A model generated the notes under the pieces. That model was not told where the DNA came from and did not search any database. It saw only the letters and a list, made by a program, of their open reading frames with translations. The translations under genes were made by a program, and so were the position numbers. Shown one piece after another: positions 14,086 to 24,699 of a stretch of 64,000 nt of DNA. The stretch spans positions 5,766,001 through 5,830,000 of the forward strand of contig NC_081331.1 in assembly GCF_022539665.2 (NCBI RefSeq). The letters run 5' to 3'. Source of the stretch: Daphnia carinata (Eukaryota). The first letter of the stretch is position 1; every line of letters starts with the position of its first letter.

Positions 14086-14670
14086 CGCTGGAAGTAAGTA
14101 ACTTGCTTGGGTTTAATTGTACGTTAGATTTCGTGAGAAATCCTTTTTCGCTTGTGGTAAACAAGGCTGTTCCAAAGTCCATGTTTACTTTTTAGTCATA
14201 TGTTTTAAATGTGTAAAATGAGGGAAAAGGCCATCGGATAGTATTGACCAATCATCGAAAAGGTCGGGCTTATTTTATCGGGCTTAATTTTGAGTATGAC
14301 AGAAATTCAGCCTTATAATTTTAACATAAAATAGGACTCAAATTAAACTATAATGTAAATATTTTTTATTTTCAATTTTACCGGAATCAGCATTCAATTT
14401 TGAGTATATCCTGTGATTTTCACCCAATTCCAATGAGTGTACGTTTTTGCAGGTATAAATATGGCAATCCGTTTTACATAAAAAAAAAAAAAAAAAAAAT
14501 GGCGGAAAAAAAAAAAATCGCACTTTTTTCTCTTTTTTCTACCCGTAGCCATCTATCAGTCGGTTTCGTTATTACAGGCATGTAAGCAATTTGAGTTAAT
14601 TGTATCCCATTAGCAATTAATTGAGTAGCGTGGCTGGAGAACAACGCGTGGCTGGAGGAACAATTGAAAA

Positions 14671-15243
14671 ATGGATAAGATAATAAAACAAAAAAATGGT
14701 AAGTATAAACATTATTATATTGGTTTTCAATTATTAATTATTGTTTATTAGATCAAATTATGAAGCTGCAGGCCCAATTATTGGAACAACACAAAATATT
14801 AGATAACAAAGCTAAGGATCGTAGGCCTAACACGTAATGATTCTATTTATTTGCTTTTATTCATTCGTGTTTTGTAGCTCAAATTTTGAGTCTACAAGCT
14901 CAGCTAGGGGAAAAGAACAAATTGGAACGGAACAGTTTCCAAACAGTGAAGGAGGTTTTTCAAAACTCATCTCTAACTGAACGTGAGGATGAGTTGGCAT
15001 TAGGTGAACACAGCCAGGTACCTAAAGTTTTCAAATAAGAATTCAAAATAAGTATAGAATTTTAAAAAACAATTATTTATTGCTTAGTTATTCAGTCCAC
15101 CACATGACAGTGTGTTAAATTTAAATTCTGTTAGTGCTGCACTAAAAGAATCGTTAGTAATAAGCTCATGCAGTGAAGGAACTGAACAATTGTGGGAACG
15201 TATTTGGGCCGAAAATGGGTGTGGTACAGAAACCCAGAAATAG
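14671..15243 (+). CDS. Unknown ~130 aa coiled-coil protein in the left palindrome arm (exons 14671-14698, 14752-14820, 14878-15017, 15088-15243); further exon-like segments follow
   Basis: Canonical GT-AG introns join in frame: MDKIIKQKNDQIMKLQAQLLEQH...QILSLQAQLGEK...ETQK*. Confidence 0.5.
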
Positions 15244-16720
15244 CACAAGTTCAACATGAAACATGGATTAGGTACTTTTCGGTTTTTTGTCTATCGAAAA
15301 AGTATTTTTAATGCTATTATTTTGCATTCACAGATTTTAACGGGGGATCAAATCAAGTCTGGAAGTGTTACAGGATGGAAGAGTGAGCCTACAGATGAAA
15401 AAACACTGAGTGCATTACCGTAAGGTGTGAGGTAAATTAATAGAGTAATGCAAATTGCCTAATGAGAAGTACCATCTTGTGTTAATGAATCCAGTACAAC
15501 AGGAATCCTTTATAGTTCTGTCACAGCTAGAAGCCTCAAATAATTCTGCTTCTCTTGCTAAAGAACAACTTATCCTTTATGTTCAGAGTGTTGGGGAAAC
15601 TGGGTATTTAAATGGCCCTAAAGATGTTTTAATTTTGCTGCTATTGCAGAGATGAACATCATACATGGACTCTTTAGGTATGAAAGGATTTTTCTTCAAA
15701 TAATTTTGAATTTATGACGAAGAATTTCTCCTCCTTTTTGCCAACCAGGTCTTATCTACCAAAAAAAATTTTATCCAATAGGAAAAGATTTTCATGTACT
15801 GGGAAAACAACTATCAACAATGCAACATTCTACAGGTGCTAGTTTATCATTCAAGAGCCTTATACAATGAAGTTAATCTGCAATTTGTATGTCCTTTCCC
15901 AAGCTTCCACCAGAAGTTGAATCTATGAGTCATGTAAGTTCCATGATCAACAATTGATGCGTTTAACGGTGTTGTTTTTCTTTTCTCAATATAGGTTAAT
16001 AGTAACATTGGATCTGAAAAGATTCTTGGTTGGGGCAAGACACTGAATAAATTGTATTGATTGGATGGATGACATGACATTGCTATACTTAATTCGGATT
16101 CCCCAGACGGTATTTGATATTTAAAAAATTGAAGTGCATATCTGGGCTCCCTTCTTTTCTGAAGCCCCGTTTCCCCTTGACTCATAATAAGCCCGTAGGG
16201 GGTCATGCCCCTACTGTACGGTATATATAAAAACAACATATACCGAGGTTTGGAGGGCTCTGGCCGGAAAGGGGACGTGGGGTGCCGCTTCGTCCGATGA
16301 TGTGTTCACGGAGGGTGATGTGGCTGCCCACAAATCCGAACTAAAGGTTAATCGCTCCTGTAAAAATGTTCCAAATCTTCAGCTCTTCTTCCGGCTTCTC
16401 TTAGCCAATCACCGGGTAATCTCCCCGGTGGGTCAACAAGGCAGTGTCTCCCCCTGCCTGGGTTGACGGCAACTTTTGAAAGGGCTATTGTGCCTTTTTA
16501 AAGTTGCAAAAATAATTGTAATGTGCAGAGAATTGTCAATAAAATTTTTTTTATAAAATATTTTTTGCAAAATTCGTTTCTTTCATTGTCTGTGTTAGCT
16601 TTGTTCACACATTACATTTATCAATTTTTTTTTTTGGCTTTGCTTTATTTGTTTTTGTCACATATGCTGGTAAGGTGACGGGTATTGGTTTATCGTTTAA
16701 CTGTAAGCATTCTATTATTA

Positions 16721-16787
16721 TCCAGGGATCGAACCCTGGATGTTCGGCATACCTCGCCGATGCTCTACCAATGAGCCACGAATCATA
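16721..16787 (-). ncRNA. tRNA-like / SINE-head Pol III module
   Basis: Minus strand: A-box/D-arm TGGCTCATTGGTAGAGC, stem-loop TCGGC-GAGGTAT-GCCGA, B-box GGTTCGATCCC inside a CCAGGG/CCCTGG hairpin. No good acceptor stem. Confidence 0.55.
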
Positions 16788-16907
16788 TGATTTTAAGTTG
16801 GCTTTTTTTTCTAGTCACTTGTGGACTTGCATTTACACTTAGAATAAAACTGAAATGCAATTCTGCAATATACTTTTGTACAATATTCTACTTCATTTTT
16901 ACACATC

Positions 16908-16973
16908 TACTGAGGTTTGAACCCAGGGTAACAGGTATCGCAGATAAAAGCTCTACCACAGAGCTAAGAACCT
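16908..16973 (-). ncRNA. Second tRNA-like Pol III module
   Basis: Minus strand: TAGCTCTGTGGTAGAGC (D-arm) and CTGGG-TTCAAAC-CTCAG (T-arm with B-box). Confidence 0.5.
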
Positions 16974-17071
16974 TATGGAACCAATAGAAAGATAAACATA
17001 TAGTTGTGAAAGACTGCATAAACATCCTAGACGATAACATATGATATGCGATAATAAAAAATTTAAATATA

Positions 17072-17138
17072 TCTCGTGGCTCAATGTTAGAGCATCGGCG
17101 TTGCACGCTGAATGTCTGGTGATCGGTTCCCATACGAG
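17072..17138 (+). ncRNA. Third tRNA-like module, an inverted and degenerate partner of 16721-16787
   Basis: CGTGGCTCAATGTTAGAGCATCGGCG...GCTGA; the B-box is degraded. Confidence 0.4.
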
Positions 17139-18711
17139 TAAAACAAAATACAAAATTACTTCATAAAATATCCAGATTGTTCCTTGAATCTAAGTTGAAC
17201 AATTCAAAGAGTGTAATAAATAATACTTACAGATAAACGATAAACCAATGGAAACAATGCTTACCATCAAAGGTGACAAAAACAATAAAGGTGACAAAAA
17301 CAATAAAGGTGAATTAAGCAAGCTAAATATAAAAAGTGTAACGTGTGAACACAGCTAATACAGACAATGAAAGAAACAAATTTGCAAAAAATATTTTATA
17401 AAAAAAATTTTATTGACAATTCTCTGCACATTACAATTATTTTTGCAACTTTAAAAAGGCACAATAGCCCTTTCAAAAGTTGCCGTCAACCCAGGCAGGG
17501 GGAGACACTGCCTTGTTGACCCACCGGGGAGATTACCCGGTGATTGGCTAAGAGAAGCCGGAAGAAGAGCTGAAGATTTGGAACATTTTTACAGGAGCGA
17601 TTAACCTTTAGTTCGGATTTGTGGGTAGCCACAGAGCCCTCCGTGAACACATCATCGGACGAAGCGGCACCCCACGTCCCCTTTCCGGCCAGAGCCCTCC
17701 AAACCTCGGTATATGTTGTTTTTATATATACCGTACAGTAGGGGCATGACCCCCTACGGGCTTATTACGAGTCAAGGGGAAACGGGGCTACGGAAAGGAA
17801 GGGAGCCCAGATATGCACTTCAATTTTTTAAATATAAAATACCGTCTCGGGAATCCGAATGAAGTATAGAAATGTCATGTCATCCATTCAATCATTACAA
17901 TTTATTCAGTGTCTTGCCCCAACCAAGAATCTTTTCAGATCCAATGTTACTATTAACCTATGCTGAGAAAAGAAAAAAAACACCATTAAGCATCTCAATT
18001 GTTGCTCATGTGACTTACATGACTCATAGATTCAACTTATGGCAGAAGCTTGGGAAAGGCCATACAAATTGCAGATGAAAATCATTGTATAAGGCTCTTG
18101 AATGATAAAATAGCACCCATAGAATGTTGCATTGTTGATAGTTGTGTTCCCAGTATGCTGAAAATCCTTTCCTATTGGATAAATTTTTTTTTTTTTAGAT
18201 TAGACATGGTTGGCAAAAAGCAGGAGAAATGCTTTGTCATAAATTCAAAAAATTTTCAAGAAAATTCCTTTCATACCTAAAAAGTCCATGTATGATGTTT
18301 ATTGCTGCAATGCCAACGAAATGAAACATCTTTAGGGCCATTTAAGTACCCAGCTTCACCAACACTCTGAACGTAAAGGACAAGTTGTTCTTTAGCAAGA
18401 GAAGCAAAATTATTTGAGGCTCCTAGCTGTGACAGAACTATAAAGGATTGCTGTTACACAGGATTCATTCACACAAGATGGTACTTCTCATTAGACAATT
18501 TGCATACTCTATTACTTTACCTCATACCTTAATGGTAATGCACTTTCAATGTTTTTCAACTGTAGGCTCACTCTTCCCTCCTGTAACACTTCCAGACTTG
18601 ACTTGATCCCCCACTAAAATTCTGTGAATGCAAAATAATAGCATTAAAAATACTTTTTCGATAGACAAAAAACCGAAAAGTACCTAATTCATGTTTTATG
18701 TTGAACTCGTG

Positions 18712-19287
18712 CTATTTCTGGGTTTCCGTACCACACCCATTTTCAGCCCAAATACGATCCCACAATTGTTCACTTCCTTCGCTGCATGGACTTATTACTA
18801 ACAATTCTTTTAGTGCAGCACTAACAGAATTTAACTTTAACACACTGTCAGGTGGTAGACTGAATAACTAAACAATAAATAATTGTTTGTTAAAATTCTA
18901 TACTTATTTTGAATTCTTATTTGAAAAGTTTAGGTACCTGACTGTGTTCGCCTAATGCCAATTCATCCTCATGTTCAGTTAGGGATGAGTTTGGAAAAAC
19001 CTCCTTCACTGTTTGGAAACTGTTCCGTTCCAATTTGTTTTTTTCCCCTACTGAGCTTGTAGATTCAAAATTTGAGCTACAAAACACAAATGAATAAAAG
19101 CAAATAAATAGAATCACTACGTATTAGGCCTTACCATCCTTAGCTTTGCTGTTATCTAATATTTTGTGTTGTTCCAATAATTGCGCCTGCAGCTTCATAA
19201 TTTGATCTAATAAACAATAATTAATAATTGAAAACCAATATAATAATGTTTATACTTACCATCCTTTTGTTGTATTATCTTATCCAT
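18712..19287 (-). pseudogene. Inverted copy of the coiled-coil gene in the right arm, frameshifted (approximate coordinates)
   Basis: Same exon/intron layout, but CAG-CTA-GGG of the left arm reads CAG-TAG-GGG here (1-nt loss near 19050), creating a stop. Confidence 0.5.
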
Positions 19288-19542
19288 TTTTCAATTGTTC
19301 CTCCAGCCACGCGTTATTCTCCGTCCACGCTACTGAACTTACTGCGAATGGCATCCAATGGACTGAAATTGCCTACGCCAGTAATAACGAGTCTGAGCGG
19401 TAGATGGCTACGTGTCGGAAAAAAAGAAAAAAGTGTTTTTTTTTGTTTTTTTTTGACGAAATTTTTTTTTTTTTTTTTGTGTAAAACGGATTGCCATAGA
19501 TTGCCATAGAAATCAAGTTTATTTTTCAATAGGTCTTATAGT

Positions 19543-19777
19543 CAGTGTATTGGATTTTGGCAAATAAAATCCGAAGCAAATCCAATTTTTTGCGGATTTG
19601 CATTGGATTTTTGAATCATTCAAGACAGCAAAAGTCCTTGAGTAACCTAACCTAAACTAACCTAAGCTAACTTTAACTAACCTAACCAACAAAATCCAAT
19701 TTAATCCACATCCGCAAATGATGTGATTTGGATTTGATTTGATTTGAGGATTTTATTTGTTAAAATCCAATACACTG
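19543..19777. mobile_element. 235-bp MITE, hAT-like
   Basis: Terminal inverted repeats CAGTGTATTGGATTTT / AAAATCCAATACACTG, a perfect 8-bp target-site duplication CTTATAGT (19535-19542 and 19778-19785), and internal AACCT/AACTA repeats. Absent from the left arm. Confidence 0.88.
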
Positions 19778-20456
19778 CTTATAGTTTTAAAATTATACGT
19801 CAAAAACACAAGTCAGGCTTATTTTGTCGGGCTTAAAATTTATACCTGCAAAAACGTGCACTCATTGGAATTGGGTGAAAATCACAGGATATACTCAAAA
19901 TTGAATGCTGATTCCGGTAAAATTGTTTCTTTTCCGATTCAGTCAATCGTTTTTTTAATACACCAAATATTTGATAACGCTAGCGCGCCAGTACTCTACG
20001 GCGCGAAGGAAGTGTCACTAACAGCAGTTTGTTTTCTTTTATTTTCAAAACGGCAGGGTTAAGGAGAAAACTAATAGCTGAATCGAAATCAGCGTTCAGT
20101 CATTATACTGGGTGAGTTTCTGCCAACTTGCATTGGCTACGAAATAAATAGGCGATTCCTTCCAAGTCTATTACCTATTTCATTTTGATGCACCATTTCC
20201 GCAAATTTCTGCTGTCGCTAAAAAAAATAACGGGCTCGCAAACAGAAACATCTTACCCAATCGTCAAAGTCGATAAACTGTCACAAAATCTGAATACTAA
20301 CTAAAAACATTATTAAATAAAATGAACACAAAATAGCGAATCGCAAATAAGTTTTATTGGTTTTGAACCATATGTGGTCAAACCATCTGTGCCCATCTAG
20401 ATGTCCTAGGGCATTAGGACAAAAATGTTAAAAGAAATTGTACATTTTCAAGTTTT

Positions 20457-21469
20457 TCATTGAGCTACTACAAACGTAACATTGTGCATGCCACCAAGAG
20501 TGTTTCTGATATTTTGTAGTTGCCCGTGCGTAGTTTTGATTATTGCAGTTAACACATCGTTGGCGGCGTCTGACTGCACTGGCGGTTTAATCTCCACTTC
20601 AAAGTGTTTGTCGTATAGGACTTGAAGATTTTGCTGCGACAGAGCAGCTATTTCGACCGTCACTTCTTTCCTAAAAGCATTAGGACAGTTGAAGTTTGTT
20701 AAATATTAAACCAATGTACAGGCATGATACTTTTCAAAATGCAATAAGTTTAACTTACAAGGATGACCTACTAATCGGCTTTTCTTTAAATAATGCGACG
20801 CAGATGACTGCAGCAACGATTATGGCTGTTGCAACACTCAAGATAAGGACGTAAAGAGTTTGCCGTCGATTCCAAAACTTTGCGGGTTCCTTCTTCACTT
20901 GTTGCGTTGTCATTCTGTTTGCTAACTTCTAAACAATAAAATCTTGGACGCAGATTTAGTACGGCCGTAGATACTTCTTGAGTAGTTGACGACTCTTCTT
21001 GTAGACTACATAAGTAGAACAACTTTCCCCAAAAAGTGGAACTGGCTTCTTGTCCACTACTAGCCACGACCCTTCACTTTTCTTTCCAAACTATAACATC
21101 AGCCCTTCGGCAATTTGGATAAGCAGTTTGTGTCTTAGAAGGAACAAAGTCCTTTCGCCGAATTAAAACAGTTATCCACGGTACATCTATGGCAAAGTCA
21201 ATCAGAACAGCTAATGGCGATTTCATTTTTGACGGCAAATTGTTTTCAATTTTGGTTACTTTAAAAACCAAATACTACTGCGTCCCTTAGTTAGGTTCGT
21301 TACTTCCTTAGGTAGGATTAATTGCAATGTAATTTATTTGATAAAACCAGGTTTTTATACCCATATTCTAACCCCAATTTGGCCGCAGTGTCGCCCACTT
21401 TCTTCGTTTGGTTACTTGCGGTACGGATCACTTTAAATTTTAGCTTGCAGAACCGTCTCGACTCGTACA
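20457..21469 (-). pseudogene. Possible degenerate gene of unknown function immediately downstream of the WD40 gene
   Basis: Exon-like ORF pieces 21469-21361, 21271-20786 (with an in-frame TGA at 21074-21076) and 20670-20457, with splice-like signals. No clean in-frame model could be built. Confidence 0.3.
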
Positions 21470-21480
21470 TTCAACAATGG

Positions 21481-23033
21481 TTATCTGTTCAATATTGCAT
21501 TAATAACTCGAAGCAATTGATTGAAATTATAATACATTACCATAACACTGTGGTTGGCAACAACTAAGTTGGTTGATTGCGGATTCCATTTGAGGCTATT
21601 GATTTCTAAAACGTTGCCAGCACATTGACATCTCACCAGTGGAGACCAATCCTATCAAACAAATATTCCAACATATATTAAAAGCAAAGAATAATACCAT
21701 TCTACATTTAAATTTTTTACCGTTGTCGACCAAACAATGACTACCCCGTATGTATCGGCTGAGGCCAGGTACTGCCCGTCTGGGGAAAAAGAAACTGCTG
21801 AGACAAGGCTGCGATGTTCGCGCAGTACTTCCTGGCTGTGGCATAAACTGCTATTTGTGTTCCATATCCGGACGTTTCGATCGTCTGCCCCACTTTTGTT
21901 TTGGATCTTTGATAACTTCACAGCACTCGCTTTCCTTAATAACTGAACGTTTACCTTGCTAACAAACTTGAGTGTTCGCCTTCCTTCCAGCAGATAGAGT
22001 AGATTCCAGCGCTATGTCCTTTCCATTCACGGGTGACATCTTGCCCCAGCGACCATAACTGTGAAAAGTTTAAATGTATTAAGGGTTAGCCTGCTGATTC
22101 TGTAGCGCAAAAAGAGGAGATGACACCCACCGTAATGTTTGTTTCGTAGGAAAAAAAAGCTAGAGAATCAAGTTTCATGTTGTAACGAATGGCTAAAATG
22201 GCATTCTAGTTGTGCAGAGAGAAAGGCAAAACGAAAGGTAATGCAGAAAGTTAAAATAAGGACATTTTGTGGGGATGCTAATTTTAATTACCTCATTGAA
22301 TAACGAATTCAATGGCTCATCGACGCCGACACGACAGACATAGATGCTCCCGTCCATGGAACAAGAGGCAAACGTCTCTTTCGTCAGCCACTGAATATCG
22401 CGCACGCTGCATGTGTGAAGTGAAAATGTCTGTATAGGTAAAGGGGTGGGCTTTGACGAGTCCCATACCCCGACAGTCTGGTTCAACAAGGAAATAAACG
22501 ATTAGGTTATCATTATTCAACAAAATAAATAATAAATCCAATTGCTTACCCCGTCATCAGATGAGGTCAGTAACATGTGAATGGATCCTTTGCGATTCCA
22601 TTGAACCTTCGTTAACTTACCGGATATCTCAGTGAAAGACAAAAGTTGGCCATCAATACTTGAGAAAATAAAAAAGAGATTGTGGTAATCTCCAGCCACT
22701 AATTTGGTTCCATCAGCCTAAAAGAAAAATTTTATTCGATTTTTCATCATACGTAAAGATAAGGTAGTTAACATTTTTTTTTACTTTCCAATCAACTTGA
22801 AGAATAGTTGCTTTGTTCACAAGTAACGACGAGAGAGCTCGAAATATGGTTCTTTCCCATTTTTCTATCACATCACCACTTTCCACGTTGGCACTAAATA
22901 CAAATACGCGATGATCTCCGAACGCGCACGCAAGTTTTTTGCCAGTGGTATCAAACGTACAGTTCGTTATTTCCTTGGGTGATTTGGGATTCTCGTCAAT
23001 ACACGCCAGTTTATAATGTCGAAAGGCTGCCAT
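21481..23033 (-). CDS. Multi-exon WD40-repeat protein, divergent TBL1/Ebi-like, lacking LisH/F-box N-terminus
   Basis: HTCSVRDIQWLTKETFASCSMDGSIYVCRVGVDEP, LWSLGQDVTREWKGHSAGIYSICW and EHRSLVSAVSFSPDGQYLAS parallel consecutive WD repeats of TBL1XR1. Last exon ends TAA at 21481-21483. Confidence 0.75.
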
Positions 23034-23857
23034 TTAATTAAGGTTGAAGTTCGCGTTAAAGATTAATGCCCAGTGAACTACGAAATCCTCTTGGAAGTCA
23101 CTCGGTAAAGCTCAGTTTTCGTCCTCCCGTTTAAAGCCAGCAAATCTACTGAATGAAAATGGGGCTACAACGATGTTGATCACTAAGTGAGAAGCTAGCC
23201 GCAGTTGCAACACAGTAAATGATATTAATGGAAAAACCATCAATAAACTGAGCAAGTGAAGAAGAATGATGAATCTTTTTCGCTCGTAACTGTATCACGT
23301 TTCGAATATTCTACTTTTTTCCAACTAACAAACCGATGCCGTGTGTTGCTATCAATGGAATTTTACATTAGAAAAAAGAATAAAAACATACTAAATTATT
23401 GCCCTGTACTTTGTCAAATATAAGATAACAGTTCTTATCGCGATAGAAGCAGTTCAAACAAAATGCATGCACAATGGACTTAATACATCTCTCATGATTC
23501 TGCTCATGTCACTACCGACCTTGATGTGTCCAAAAACAATCAATAGAGCCATCATAATGAGAAGAGACAAAGATCATGATAAAAACAGCAATGTTGCTTC
23601 AAACTTTCTAGTAACATTGTTGTATTAAAAATAATTTATAAAAATCAGAATGTTAAAAAGTCACCAGGAATGTTTAAAATTTTTGTGCCAAATTTATACT
23701 TATAGGGGTATAGTAGGTCTACAGGCTAAAGATTTCTATCTAAAGCCACATGATTGGCAAAAGAGAGATATTTGAGATTTTCTGATTAGTCAGAGAATAG
23801 TTTTCTTATTAAATTATGAAACATGGATATGTCATAATTTATGAAACTTTACTTAGT

Positions 23858-24034
23858 TCATTGAACAGCCTTTGGTTGAACTCCAAAGTAAATAAAGATA
23901 ACAATGAAGAGCCAAAAACCTGCAAATGCAGGAAGAGCTACGCTCAGTAACTTGTCCTTGTTGGTTAGGAATTCTTGTTTCCTTTGGCGTTTTTCCCGGG
24001 CGGTTTCTTTTGTTTTACCTTTTAGTTGGCGCAT
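23858..24034 (-). CDS. SMCO4: Single-pass membrane and coiled-coil domain protein 4 homologue (58 aa)
   Basis: MRQLKGKTKET...KRQRKQ followed by one hydrophobic helix, the characteristic SMCO4 pattern. Confidence 0.88.
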   Translation of the reverse strand: MRQLKGKTKETAREKRQRKQEFLTNKDKLLSVALPAFAGFWLFIVIFIYFGVQPKAVQ

Positions 24035-24699
24035 ATTGACTAAATCATAAAAGCAACAATTTAATTGGAGTCTGGTACACACACACAGTTTTAAAAACTC
24101 TGAGAAATATTTTAAATGACTGTCACACTCACCTGAATTGTTTTTCTACTGTGTAAGAAATCTCAGCAATTAATGCTATTATGATGAGATAATTGTAGCT
24201 TATTTAACTGTTCAATTGTGCAAGACGATTAAGTGCACGAGACAAGTCTGAAACGTTTAATTAACACAGAAAATGAACAAGTACAACAAGTCAGGGAAGT
24301 TTTTTGAAAACCATTCCCTCTCAAGTTAGAGGAAATTAAGCTATGGCAGGATGACGTTAACAATGCGACAGTGCCACCTTTTGCAAAAAAATTACCATAA
24401 TAAAAAAACAAAAAACAAAAATCAACAACTAAATTTTTTAACAATTAATGACAAAAAATAAGAAATCCAGGTGCTATCGCATTCTGTGTGTTTGATGATG
24501 TTGACATAAAATATGAATAAATTTTTATTTTACTTTTCTAGCCACTGTTTCTCCAGTGTGTTTAGGGATGTTGGTCAAGCAATTCCAAAAGTGGTTGTCA
24601 TTTATTTTGAATGTTTATGCTTGGACGTTTTATTTTTGCAAGTGAAGTAATGATTAACTGGAGATTTTAACCTTATAACAATTTTGTTATATCTATATT

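Larger units (their letters stand above)
14373..19925. repeat. ~5.5 kb palindrome (long inverted repeat; arms ~14373-16715 and ~17220-19925), possibly a foldback/long-TIR element or an inverted gene duplication
   Basis: 14373-14460 is the near reverse complement of 19838-19925, and ~16325-16620 is almost exactly the reverse complement of ~17340-17625. ORF pairs 15847-16239(-)/17872-18078(+) and 14338-14523(-)/19757-20062(+) share peptides. Confidence 0.93.

Noticed and set aside
16721..17138. Bona fide tRNA genes
   Set aside because: Acceptor stems and anticodon loops are non-canonical, so they are kept only as tRNA-like modules.
19643..19690. Telomeric (TTAGG)n remnant
   Set aside because: Short, degenerate AACCT units lying inside the MITE.
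14373..19925. Autonomous DNA transposon
   Set aside because: No transposase-like ORF and no matching target-site duplication at the apparent ends.
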